A stretch of 64,000 bases of DNA from an uncultured Staphylococcaceae bacterium (GCA_964409955.1 CAYPEY010000001.1:738-64737), one strand, 5' to 3'; positions 51,601 through 59,812 are shown, numbered from the stretch's first letter. Notes: generated from the sequence alone by a model not told the origin. Made by a program: numbers and translations.

Positions 51601-51754
51601 ATTGGATTTCTAATACTTTAATCTTTTCTGATTTTTCTTCAACATTAACAAAATCTCCAACATTTATGTCTTCAATATCACATAAATATACATACGTTTC
51701 ATAAGAGTCTTCTATTCTACCTATTATTATCTTATATTCCTTATTTTCTAGCAT
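45626..51754 (-). CDS. 2042-aa multidomain protein: transglutaminase-like Cys-protease fold, DUF4011, Upf1-like SF1 helicase (AAA_11/AAA_12) with a long helical insert, REase-like domain and DUF3320
   Basis: KKGTCLDLAILYCACMQ...DNHAFAG gives the TGase-like Cys/His pair (aa about 350-385). RRLLDLTEANPLVNF is the DUF4011 signature (aa about 515). Helicase motifs: Walker A GPPGTGKS (aa 809-816), FDEASQ (1455-1460), VAGDPEQMPP, YHYRS, QGDERD and RRLNVAVSRSK. DFRVDLAI...ELGILIDS (aa about 1774-1796) is Vsr/DUF559-like. The C-terminal part looks like DUF3320. Confidence 0.8.
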   Translation of the reverse strand: MLENKEYKIIIGRIEDSYETYVYLCDIEDINVGDFVNVEEKSEKIKVLEIQYVEKESSRYPISELKKVTNKFIEPTIKENNDNEQKTEVQEETNNDNTNKKEKIIENLKKKLKYKKQDNIELEERLEIVSFVNPEFSYVDHHADCLMKIKDDLYTTDYSLIQEIVIANITSYEYSNLLLKFSFSSEIFNMNDVHIIKLGTCEILEIRIPFLKVNKALLEKLTENDTATVEIQLIDQEDGKTIASSEERFIVHPICEPSINIHNDYRLYAKYITPVDSRVKQIALNATKFNNNEEIIAYQHVGKDRYNKMLEEAQAIYLALHDWGIVYQNPPAGGLVTQRVRMPGEVLNDKKGTCLDLAILYCACMQEVGYNSILVLIDNHAFAGFFLDDKLNFPNAVEYQCGKVYNQATGGMDKLVLVECTMFTAAKEASFKDAMDEGLLNIKMYNGRSFSAIDVKLAHKGIFTPIPTIGVDDELELLIKPKEIENKNLDSIVETIYKDVLRETEKDRFTFWERRLLDLTEANPLVNFHLRTSNCLKMTSDSKIYELLLNNQGAIKFATFPLENSNVTSKTLENEFMLGSAKPFEIFGDEFGSDKMLAIGYDQTLKNLIKKSNSAMDETGAPTLYLCLGLLTYNRKKGHLKGNAPFMVLPIKITKDKMNYNYTMHYDYDDIMINQTFFEYYKQEHPDIDFSELYQINSNDNYMDIVHTFKANNIEDIQLDEEAFFIANLTFAHYIMWLDVRKRKEELKKNVVIQSILENKNLLTDNVTTFDDSIDKLEKYKDFAAPLYYDSTQLKAILKCGEGKSFILDGPPGTGKSQTIVNMIVNAFYQGKTVLFVAEKKAALDVVADRLKKLGDPNSNNNLGRFCLELHSNKANKVEFFEKLKSSMELGVTKNPEEFEQKCQELEAKRDKVLQTINKMHENKYYYSLYDAIVKQAELSYLDYNSEFDEEFLLSLNDEKNREIYSLIETYISSASNMQDFNNTPLKTLKIENINFYDRANVIESFSNVKTLLFDFIKSYKEMVANFDIEFDFEHNEVATVMSTIDLCLNHKLYIETLTEFMSNQNDDKNQKVFDKAHKIVTIKNTNKDVFNFDLLSEVDAEAAINEINNATGFIKKILVKGRLKKLLKKYVLETHKINKKDLSSYFEQIKEYNSLIKEIQEQSTTLSKMINFSFSENIEDVKNIEKTYYNTRSFLNNLNILSENKDFIKVSNLFINLYATKNPAIKMMYTINANKLTTYKEEEIKLTEKYKIKYSNFNGLSDNINKFIDLLEYTSYENNFNELIDIANVNRIAKELVKLNLNKLVDAIEQDKFDFNDFKEVYDLSCVNGYIRMYFKDDEINYFNPTVFESEVRKYKDLINEYNNLVIECVSARLTKNLNHSNINYANSSPIGRLKKSISSNGRGVTIRDTLLNYDDIIKKYFPCFLMSPLSAAQYLAVDEEKGKSVSKFDLVIFDEASQIPTHEAVGPIARGKSLIVAGDPEQMPPSAYFSAGLELAEDEVQFDDAISLLDECIAIELPRIRLAYHYRSKHESLISFSNHNFYNDTLYTFPSPNTANSFVEYNHVELKEDKKNSNITEEEIKAICDKFTEIYTNEKTMKKSVGIIVFNMKQQEKVFDAITELLANNKKLNKVVEEAFDKTGEAWFVKSLENVQGDERDIIILSVGFRKNAAGRAVVVGPLARENGQRRLNVAVSRSKERMIVISTIKYTDFEEDSKISNKGKLLLKQFLKFAEENTFKPFKDESAEKGTIISFIKKDLETRGLTVVSNVGNSDFRVDLAIKNKTGDFYELGILIDSQVLGEEISCRDKIYVQESVLNALKWKIVNIYSLEYFKDRKATIDKIVDAMSEPYVREEYQIDAHIEKAVVPVFSYNSTNYIKVQTRICVDYDNDYGFDREIQKLLSEIILTESPVSFETIKMRVREHSNIQSMSAKAKNRLQSALRVFNEYSTLDQSQTVYWSQNQSKDMSVFRTNSDRDLNDIPKEEILCAMNQIIRVQGRLSQEDLFRCTLEAFNYGQAVLSKKNYERLEYVYRWATSHGKLI

Positions 51755-51953
51755 GTTATCCTCCCCTTTTTAATAAATTACTATTTTATATTATTATACA
51801 ATATATTTTGGCATTTTTCAATTTTAAAACTTGTTCTAAAAAACATGAGTTTTTCTTAAATATCAAAATTTAAAATACAAAAAACTTAATTATGACTAAA
51901 TTTAGCAGCTATTATAATTCTAAATATCATATACATTAATAATTATATTTTTC

Positions 51954-51989
51954 AAAAAGCGAAGAATCACGACGATTCTTCGCTTTTTT
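51954..51989. terminator. Bidirectional rho-independent terminator
   Basis: aaaaa-gcgaagaatc-acgac-gattcttcgc-tttttt. It separates the two-gene operon from the giant ORF. Confidence 0.8.
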
Positions 51990-52124
51990 ACACTATACTA
52001 AATAATTAAGCATATATCATTTCAAATTTTCGTAAATATTTGTAGAATATTCAATTTTTATGCCTGCATCAAAAATACATTTCTTTGACTGCCAAAATTA
52101 TTTTCCTCATCGTATACAATTTTT

Positions 52125-52481
52125 TTATAAAGTTGCCATACAAGTTATTATAGCTTTTTTAGTTTTGAATACACCTAACTTGTATGTAATTTCAACTCTT
52201 AATTTTAGTTGATTTCCATTTAAATCACTTGTAGAAATACTTTGTTCCATTGTACCTTCATTAATTTTAATAGCCACTAATTTACCAGATTTAGATGTAT
52301 AATACCCTTCTATTTTTGTAATTTTTATATCTGTTTTCTTTTTAATCCTTAAATCCGTAACAAACTCATATTTTTTTACTTTTTTTAATAGCCCTGTTTC
52401 CACCACGCCATTAGTCTTAATAACCTTTAATGTAGCTATTAAATTATTGTCTTGTTCCTTTTGTAAATAACTATTTCCCAT
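52125..52481 (-). CDS. Hypothetical 118-aa Lys-rich, beta-rich protein
   Basis: AGGAGG lies 6 nt upstream of the ATG. That SD overlaps the stop of the upstream gene. No family recognised. Confidence 0.7.
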   Translation of the reverse strand: MGNSYLQKEQDNNLIATLKVIKTNGVVETGLLKKVKKYEFVTDLRIKKKTDIKITKIEGYYTSKSGKLVAIKINEGTMEQSISTSDLNGNQLKLRVEITYKLGVFKTKKAIITCMATL

Positions 52482-52490
52482 TGTATCCTC

Positions 52491-53426
52491 CTATTTTAAT
52501 ATAGTTTGTAATTTTAATACAACTTCACCAATATCTTTTTTAATTTTTCTTTTTTTATCAGTTACTTCTATTGTAGTTTTTTGCTTATTAAAGAGTTTCC
52601 CTGTATTATAAACTACCTCTTTTGTTTCTTTATAAGTTTGCGTAATATTGCAAACGAGATTTAATTTTATTTCTAAATTAACCTTGTTATTAGTTTGTAA
52701 ATCAATTTCTGATAATGGAACCAATAAAGAAATATTTTTTGAATCATTAACTTTTAAAACTTTATTTAACACTTCTCTTTTAGTTTTATTTACAGCATAT
52801 ACAATGCATTTTACATCCAAATTACCACCATTAATATTTAAAAATTTAAGTCTTATATTAGAAATTAATGTTTTTCTAAAATGATCTACTTTGCATTTTG
52901 AATCTAATTCAGCTAATATTTCTATATTATTAACTTTAACAACATGTTTATTTTGATCTTTATTAAAAAAATTTTTTTGGTCTTCTAGCACTATTTTTGC
53001 CTTACTAAAAGCAGTAATTTTTAAAGTATCAATTAAGGAATCACAAATATCATTATAAACTACCACTATAGACAGAATATCTACTTTTGGTAAACTATCT
53101 AACGTATGTTTGTTTTTATTTCCCAAAGAATTTACTTCTAGTACTGATAATAACTCACCAAGTTTAGGTCTTTTTAATACTTTGTTAGTTAAAAAATCTA
53201 TTCCAGCTAAACACGTGTGATTTCGTACCTTTGGGCCTATAACAATTTGCTCCACTATTAAGGCTAGCTTTGTAATTAAATTTTGCATACTATTAATAAA
53301 GACTGTTTGATATTTATTTAGAACGCATTCTGATGCACTATATTTAAATGCTTGGAATTCTTTTTGAAGTATTAAATTTTCTGCAATTCTATCAGCATTA
53401 TCAACTTTTGCTATTGTTCGATTCAT
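52491..53426 (-). CDS. Hypothetical 311-aa protein: helical N-terminal half with a GNKNKH motif, beta-rich C-terminal half
   Basis: TTGGAGG SD upstream of the ATG. No TM segments. VNSLGNKNKHT faintly recalls the R..GN...H motif of DUF4145-type HEPN-like domains, but it lacks the Arg. Confidence 0.7.
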   Translation of the reverse strand: MNRTIAKVDNADRIAENLILQKEFQAFKYSASECVLNKYQTVFINSMQNLITKLALIVEQIVIGPKVRNHTCLAGIDFLTNKVLKRPKLGELLSVLEVNSLGNKNKHTLDSLPKVDILSIVVVYNDICDSLIDTLKITAFSKAKIVLEDQKNFFNKDQNKHVVKVNNIEILAELDSKCKVDHFRKTLISNIRLKFLNINGGNLDVKCIVYAVNKTKREVLNKVLKVNDSKNISLLVPLSEIDLQTNNKVNLEIKLNLVCNITQTYKETKEVVYNTGKLFNKQKTTIEVTDKKRKIKKDIGEVVLKLQTILK

Positions 53427-53459
53427 GTTTCCTCCAATCTTGATTTTAATCTTAATTTA

Positions 53460-53488
53460 ATTTTAACATAATTTGACATTTTTAGCAA
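53460..53488 (-). promoter_or_regulatory. Candidate sigma-A promoter for the two-gene operon
   Basis: The minus strand reads TTGCTA-17 nt-TAAAAT, about 35 nt upstream of the ATG. Confidence 0.35.
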
Positions 53489-53532
53489 CTACAATACTTA
53501 GTATCTTATAGTAGTAGTTAATGCATTTTTAA

Positions 53533-53597
53533 TTTCAATACCTATTATAAATTAAGTATTATAGTACAATAAAAATAGTTAAAGAAACTATTGTAAC
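53533..53597 (-). CRISPR. Decayed repeat fragments at the trailer end of the array
   Basis: caatacctat at 53536-53545 and taaagaaactattgtaac ending at 53597 are recognisable pieces of the repeat. The second fragment is in register with the array (68 nt from repeat 1). Confidence 0.45.
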
Positions 53598-53634
53598 AAA
53601 ACTATCCATTTAGTTGTAAAACCTTATCACAAAG

Positions 53635-55787
53635 GATGCAATACCTATAAAGGAACTATTGTAATTATTACACCAGAAATCAAAGAATATATCACTATCA
53701 CTGCAATACCTATAAAGGAACTATTGTAATCAGATTAAAAGAACTGGAGGTCGCTCAAGAAGATAGCTGCAATACCTATAAAGGAACTATTGTAATTAAC
53801 TGGTGCTTGTCAATATGGTACTAATCGTTGGGCTGCAATACCTATAAAGGAACTATTGTAATGTAAAATGTAAATGGGAGGAAAAAGATTTTTATTTCAG
53901 CTGCAATACCTATAAAGGAACTATTGTAATTATCAACTTGTTAATAAAGAGTTTGTTCCATTATTGCTGCAATACCTATAAAGGAACTATTGTAATTTTT
54001 TGGAATAACTAAAGAAAATAAAAAATATTATTGCTGCAATACCTATAAAGGAACTATTGTAATTGGTTCAATTAATGTTTTAAGTGGCAAAAATCTTGCT
54101 GCAATACCTATAAAGGAACTATTGTAATATGAATTTAATTATTTTTGATACTGAAACAATTGGGCTGCAATACCTATAAAGGAACTATTGTAATATGAAT
54201 TTAATTATTTTTGATACTGAAACAATTGGGCTGCAATACCTATAAAGGAACTATTGTAATATTTAAGAGTTTATTTCACTACTCATAAGCCTAAAGCTGC
54301 AATACCTATAAAGGAACTATTGTAATGCTAAAGTCGAAATTATCGCAAATGCACAACCTGAAGCTGCAATACCTATAAAGGAACTATTGTAATGGTAAAA
54401 GTTATACATACAACAAAGATCAAATTGGCTGCAATACCTATAAAGGAACTATTGTAATCAACAAGAAAACTTAATCTCAACTAAAGTGGCTGAAGAGCTG
54501 CAATACCTATAAAGGAACTATTGTAATAAGAAATTTTTGCTTATGAAGCTGTAGAAAATTTATAGCTGCAATACCTATAAAGGAACTATTGTAATTTTTA
54601 GATATTGGTAGACCAGGTATTAAGTATAAGCTGCAATACCTATAAAGGAACTATTGTAATTGTTAAAGGAAGGGGCAACAAGTTTTAAATATATAGCTGC
54701 AATACCTATAAAGGAACTATTGTAATTATTACACTTAATAGTCCTCTTTCTAAAGAACAAAGCTGCAATACCTATAAAGGAACTATTGTAATACGAACTT
54801 AAAAATTTTGCTGATGAGAATAATGATGAGCTGCAATACCTATAAAGGAACTATTGTAATTAAATAAAGATTTTGATAATGTATCAATAAATCTGCTGCA
54901 ATACCTATAAAGGAACTATTGTAATTTTAACTTATGATAGTGTAGAAGTTGCTGTAACAGAGCTGCAATACCTATAAAGGAACTATTGTAATTAGTTGGG
55001 ATGATATCGAAGAAATGATAATTTATGGCGCTGCAATACCTATAAAGGAACTATTGTAATAAAACAAGAGGGGCGTATTTAGTTAGTCCAAACGAGCTGC
55101 AATACCTATAAAGGAACTATTGTAATTTTTGGATACTACAAAATGAATTTAACTATTGAAAGCTGCAATACCTATAAAGGAACTATTGTAATATGGCAGA
55201 TATAAAACAACAAGGTGTTAATAATCAAGCTGCAATACCTATAAAGGAACTATTGTAATGATAATCCAGACGGAAAGCCGCAAGCAAGTAATTAGCTGCA
55301 ATACCTATAAAGGAACTATTGTAATTTTTATTTATTAAAAGATAATAGAATAATTGATAGCGCTGCAATACCTATAAAGGAACTATTGTAATTTTAATAT
55401 TCGGAAAAGGAGAAGAAGATCCAAAAGGCTGCAATACCTATAAAGGAACTATTGTAATTATTATTAGAGGTTATTATGATGGTCATGCAAAAGGCTGCAA
55501 TACCTATAAAGGAACTATTGTAATAAGATTCTGACGCTTGGTTATGTACTGGTGCTCGTGCTGCAATACCTATAAAGGAACTATTGTAATGGTGGTATAG
55601 GTTCACAAGCAAAAGCTCTTAAAAAGCTGCAATACCTATAAAGGAACTATTGTAATTATTTACAAGTGAAAAAGGAAAAGAGAAGTTAGAGCTGCAATAC
55701 CTATAAAGGAACTATTGTAATTAGACGAATACATTATCAAACATACAACAAAAGAGGCTGCAATACCTATAAAGGAACTATTGTAAT
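53635..55787 (-). CRISPR. CRISPR array: 33 repeats of 30-31 nt with 32 spacers of about 34-37 nt
   Basis: Repeat (plus strand): GCTGCAATACCTATAAAGGAACTATTGTAAT. I located all 33 copies (first at 53635, last 55757-55787). The mutated and decayed copies are at the low-coordinate end and the AT-rich leader and cas2 are at the high end, so transcription is on the minus strand. In that orientation the repeat ends in ATTGCAGC. Confidence 0.97.
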
Positions 55788-55928
55788 AGGGGTTTTTAAA
55801 TATATTTTTAAAGTTTTTTTATGTTTTAAATTGTTTTTTAATTATTTTAGTTATTTTTTTATCGACCACCTTATATTTTTTTAATACTTTTTTATTATTA
55901 ATAAGTAAATTTTTATTTGATGGTCGAA
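55788..55928 (-). promoter_or_regulatory. CRISPR leader
   Basis: AT-rich, non-coding stretch of about 140 bp between cas2 and the newest repeat. Confidence 0.7.
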
Positions 55929-56189
55929 TTAAATAATTATAATATTTTCTGATTTATAATTTATACCTTCTTTTGAAATTGCTTTAATTGATGATATTTT
56001 ATAATATATTATTGAATCAGTTTCTTTGTTTATTATTTTATTAATTTCTTCTGTTAATAGTTTAAATTCTTTATTAGTTAGTTCTCCTTCAAATACTGAG
56101 TTATGAGTATGAAATAAAAATTTTCTTAATATTTTCATTACTTTAGGGCATCTTTTTGAATCGATGTCATATGAAACAATATAATACAT
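55929..56189 (-). CDS. cas2: CRISPR-associated endoribonuclease Cas2
   Basis: 86 aa. MYYIVSYDI...VMKILRKF...SVFEGELT is typical of Cas2. Confidence 0.92.
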   Translation of the reverse strand: MYYIVSYDIDSKRCPKVMKILRKFLFHTHNSVFEGELTNKEFKLLTEEINKIINKETDSIIYYKISSIKAISKEGINYKSENIIII

Positions 56190-56190
56190 T

Positions 56191-57174
56191 TTACCACCTC
56201 ATTAAAAAACCATTGTATTTTTTATTTTCTTTTATTGATTTTTCTAATTTTTGTGCTTCTTGTTTAATAATACTTCGATATGACATTTTTTTATTATTTG
56301 TAACACTTATAACACTTTGTAGATTCTTTTCTATTTCTTCAAGTAGTATTTTAATTCCTTCCTTATTTAATAGAGTCTCATTTTCTTTTATAATAAAATG
56401 TTCTTTTGTTATTTGTCTTTTATTTATTAATCTAAATATTAATCTATCAATTAGTATAGGTTTAAATATATCCGCTATATCATATTGTAAACCTGTTGAA
56501 TTACGGGTTATGCCATGAATAAATGGAAGAGATATCACTAAATTTGATTGATAGATGTCATTTTCAATAATACCATATAATACCGCATATCCAAAACTCA
56601 TCAAAGCGTTTATTAAATCTGTTGATGGATGAGTAGTTCTTTTAATGAAATTAAAATCTTTATTTTTTATTATAATATTAAAAGCACTGTAATAAACTTG
56701 CTTTGCAAGTGCTTCACTAATAAGAAAGTTTTCTTCTTTATTAATTAGTTCTTCTTTTATATTTTGAAGTTTATCAATTTTATCTTCAAGAGGTAATCTT
56801 TTTTTATTATAATATTTTAGAACTGACATCATATTTGTAATAGCTGTAAGAATTATTTCTTTTACATATTCATTTTTTAATTTTTGATTAGTATTACACA
56901 AGACTTGGTTAATTAAACAACTACCCAGTTGATTATGATTAGCTCGATAAGATCCTAAATATTTTCCTGAAAAGGAAAATATTAATAATGATATTTGATG
57001 TAAAAACAAAAGCTGTATAACTTCTTTATTAAAAGAACAATGACCATAAATATTAATACTTTCTATTTGATAAATAGGAAGATAGGTTTTATATCCTTTA
57101 TTATTAATAAATACTAAACTATTATCAAGACGTTCTAATTTACCACTTTCAATTAGATATATTCTTTTTTTCAT
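56191..57174 (-). CDS. cas1: CRISPR-associated endonuclease Cas1
   Basis: Start taken at MKKRIYLIESGKL. It has the conserved helical C-terminal domain and sits directly upstream of cas2. Confidence 0.9.
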   Translation of the reverse strand: MKKRIYLIESGKLERLDNSLVFINNKGYKTYLPIYQIESINIYGHCSFNKEVIQLLFLHQISLLIFSFSGKYLGSYRANHNQLGSCLINQVLCNTNQKLKNEYVKEIILTAITNMMSVLKYYNKKRLPLEDKIDKLQNIKEELINKEENFLISEALAKQVYYSAFNIIIKNKDFNFIKRTTHPSTDLINALMSFGYAVLYGIIENDIYQSNLVISLPFIHGITRNSTGLQYDIADIFKPILIDRLIFRLINKRQITKEHFIIKENETLLNKEGIKILLEEIEKNLQSVISVTNNKKMSYRSIIKQEAQKLEKSIKENKKYNGFLMRW

Positions 57175-57895
57175 TTCTTTTTTTATTGACCATTCCAAGA
57201 CCACTTGAGTTCTTTGAACCTATTCCACAGGTTAATATTACTTTTTTTATTTGTGGGGTTAATCCAGATATTGTAAGTGTTAAATGATATGCAATAGTGA
57301 AATTTGATCTAAAGTATATCTTTTTCTTTTTTACTGAATTGATATCACTAATTTCAATTTCAGACATATTTTCTTTATAGATTAAATAATATTTTTTTGC
57401 TAAATTTTGAATAATAGCTTGTTTAAATTCTTCTGTAGTTGGTTCAAAATATTTAGTTTTTTTATTTTCATCTGTTATATAAGATGTAATAGGTGAAAGA
57501 GTAGTATAGGTTTCAATTTTTGTGTTATCACAAAAATCATCTAATAAATTATATGCTAAAACTTTTATTAACTGTTTACCAAATAATAATGTATTATTTT
57601 GAGTAATAAAATTTATAAAAGCTACTGTGATTTCATCATCATAAGATGTGAAATCAAAATATCCAGTATCAGAAAAATGAAGTTCTCTTGATTGTTCTAA
57701 GTATTGTGTATCTCCATAAATTTCTGAATATGTGAAAAGTTTAAATTTTCTTTTCCCAAGTGTAAACCCTTGGTCATGGATAGTTTGAATTTTATCATAA
57801 TTATATAAAGAATTATAAATTATTCCTTGTAACAAACTATGATATTGAACAGGAATTTTTTTATCTTTTAAATCTAATACTACTCTGATACGCAT
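57149..57895 (-). CDS. cas6: CRISPR endoribonuclease Cas6
   Basis: 248 aa. MRIRVVL...P.QYHSLLQG.IY start and the C-terminal Gly-rich loop GIGSKNSSGLGMV. Confidence 0.88.
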   Translation of the reverse strand: MRIRVVLDLKDKKIPVQYHSLLQGIIYNSLYNYDKIQTIHDQGFTLGKRKFKLFTYSEIYGDTQYLEQSRELHFSDTGYFDFTSYDDEITVAFINFITQNNTLLFGKQLIKVLAYNLLDDFCDNTKIETYTTLSPITSYITDENKKTKYFEPTTEEFKQAIIQNLAKKYYLIYKENMSEIEISDINSVKKKKIYFRSNFTIAYHLTLTISGLTPQIKKVILTCGIGSKNSSGLGMVNKKRNEKKNISN

Positions 57896-58578
57896 TTTAC
57901 GATACCTCCACCTATATATGCATATTTTCCAACACCTATATCTATTAATATAATAGGGTAATCTATAACTTCAGCTTGAAATATTTTACCTGATATTTTG
58001 ATTTTTTTATTATTAATTATATACTGCGTTTTATCTTTAAAGTCTAGTGAACTTCCAACATTTTTAAATGTTGGAAGTTTAAAAGATGTTTTATAAGTTT
58101 CATTAAAATATTTAATTGATGAGATTATATCTAAAGTATCAGTAACTACATTTTGGTATTTTATGATACCACTATAACATTTTTCTTCATCGATAATTGT
58201 ATTTTCTACTAATACTTTTTGATAGAAATTACCAGCTAAATATTCATCAGAATCCATAAACGTAGTTATGAATTCTGAATAATTCATCGCAACTCCGATT
58301 AAGTTAAAAGTAACCTGAAAGGTTTCTTTTGGACCATATGATCTTTTGTTAGCTAGATTTCTATTTATTGTAATACTTGGATATTGTTCAAAGTTTTCTC
58401 CTGATAATAAATAATAAATACATTTGAATTCTTTTGTACAATTTAAACAATCTTTATCACTAATACAACAACAAGAACATATTTCTTGGTAGATCTTTTT
58501 TAAAAGTATAATCTCTGGATCTTTTTGAAAATTAGCTCCAAGCGGAAATCTAATATTGTATTTAATTCTTCTAATCAT
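57880..58578 (-). CDS. Unclassified RAMP-like protein with a Cys cluster and a C-terminal Gly-rich loop
   Basis: 232 aa. Contains CSCCCISDKDCLNCTKEFKC, and GVGKYAYIGGGIV at the C-terminus. It sits between csm5 and cas6 and overlaps both neighbours. Confidence 0.55.
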   Translation of the reverse strand: MIRRIKYNIRFPLGANFQKDPEIILLKKIYQEICSCCCISDKDCLNCTKEFKCIYYLLSGENFEQYPSITINRNLANKRSYGPKETFQVTFNLIGVAMNYSEFITTFMDSDEYLAGNFYQKVLVENTIIDEEKCYSGIIKYQNVVTDTLDIISSIKYFNETYKTSFKLPTFKNVGSSLDFKDKTQYIINNKKIKISGKIFQAEVIDYPIILIDIGVGKYAYIGGGIVKCVSE

Positions 58579-59804
58579 TATAATTCTATTTCAATAAATC
58601 CAAGTGGATAAATTCCTTTTGATGATACTTTCGCAATTGGCATCATTGCAATTCCAGGTTTTGCTTTTATCATTTTTTCGTTTGCAGTGGCGGGAGAAAA
58701 AATGATACTGAAATATTTTTTATAAATATCTGTAAATGCTATTGAAACAGTTTTTACAATATAGTTAGTGCTTTTTCCAATTTGAATGATTGTTTTTGTT
58801 TCATTTAATTGTTGTAATTTTTGTAAAATATTTCTTAAGTTAATAGTATCTACCTTAGTGTTATAAGTTTTATTAACATATTCTAATTCTTCTTTTATAA
58901 CACAACTCATAAATTTTCTATTTGCTTCAACAAACCAAGATTTGAAGTTTTTCATTCTTTTTGCGATTTCTTCTACAATTTCTAGTTGAATTTCTTTTTC
59001 TTCAAAACCAGAATTTTTATCATCATTGATACTTTTTTTTGCTTCATTTAATAATTTGTTAAAATGATCAATTGATAAATCACTCTTTGTAAAATAGATT
59101 TCTCCACTATATTCCTTGTCTACTGGTATTGTTTCAAAGACATTTTGAGGTAAACTAGTTTTTTCATCATCATAACGTTCAACTTCGTAATATGAAATAT
59201 CACTATCAAACAAAATATCTCTAAAACCGATTATATGCATAATTTTTGTTGGTTCTTTAGTAACTTTATTCCAAACGCTGTTAACTTTTCTTGTTGCTTC
59301 TTTATGAATTTTTAAACGATCAGATTCATCTAATTGATTATATAAATCATTATAAATATTTCTAAATTTTTTCTCAAAATAATCAGATACTTTTTTGTTA
59401 TTTTGAATTATGTCAAAATAACAAACATTTAAAACATATCCTTTTAAAGATGAACCTGGTATTAACAAAGTATCATTATCCTTCATAGCTTCGCTTACAT
59501 TTCCTTTTAGATTCTTTTCTCTATCAGATGTAATTTTTCGAAGACTATATTTAGGTTGAAGGTATTCATATTTAACATTAAATAATCTAACAAATTCTTC
59601 ACGAGAAAGATTTAAAGAAACATTTGAATTTAATTGTTTTTTATTCATTAAAACATCATAAACATTATTCATATTTATTTTATTTTCTATTGCAATTTCT
59701 AAAATATTATCTAGTGTATAAATATAATTATCTTTTATAGTTGCAATATAGTATTCTTTTCCTGAACCAATATGTACAGGAGTTAAAATTTTTACTTTTC
59801 CCAT
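58578..59804 (-). CDS. csm5: Type III-A RAMP protein Csm5
   Basis: LTPVHIGSG and IPGSSLKG motifs, 408 aa, and position after csm4. Confidence 0.85.
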   Translation of the reverse strand: MGKVKILTPVHIGSGKEYYIATIKDNYIYTLDNILEIAIENKINMNNVYDVLMNKKQLNSNVSLNLSREEFVRLFNVKYEYLQPKYSLRKITSDREKNLKGNVSEAMKDNDTLLIPGSSLKGYVLNVCYFDIIQNNKKVSDYFEKKFRNIYNDLYNQLDESDRLKIHKEATRKVNSVWNKVTKEPTKIMHIIGFRDILFDSDISYYEVERYDDEKTSLPQNVFETIPVDKEYSGEIYFTKSDLSIDHFNKLLNEAKKSINDDKNSGFEEKEIQLEIVEEIAKRMKNFKSWFVEANRKFMSCVIKEELEYVNKTYNTKVDTINLRNILQKLQQLNETKTIIQIGKSTNYIVKTVSIAFTDIYKKYFSIIFSPATANEKMIKAKPGIAMMPIAKVSSKGIYPLGFIEIEL

Positions 59805-59812
59805 ACAACCTC

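Noticed and set aside
55394-55612. 72-aa minus-strand ORF in the track (…NSSFIGIAA… repeated).
   Set aside because: It lies entirely inside the CRISPR array. Its internal repeats are just translated CRISPR repeats.
56156-56518. 120-aa plus-strand ORF. Similar shadow ORFs: 61347-61688, 31132-31446, 7072-7335, 4462-4653, 12261-12503, and those inside the giant ORF (46058-46270, 46506-46697, 47730-47927).
   Set aside because: All lie antisense to, or across, well-supported genes or terminators. They have hydrophobic low-complexity translations and no SD.
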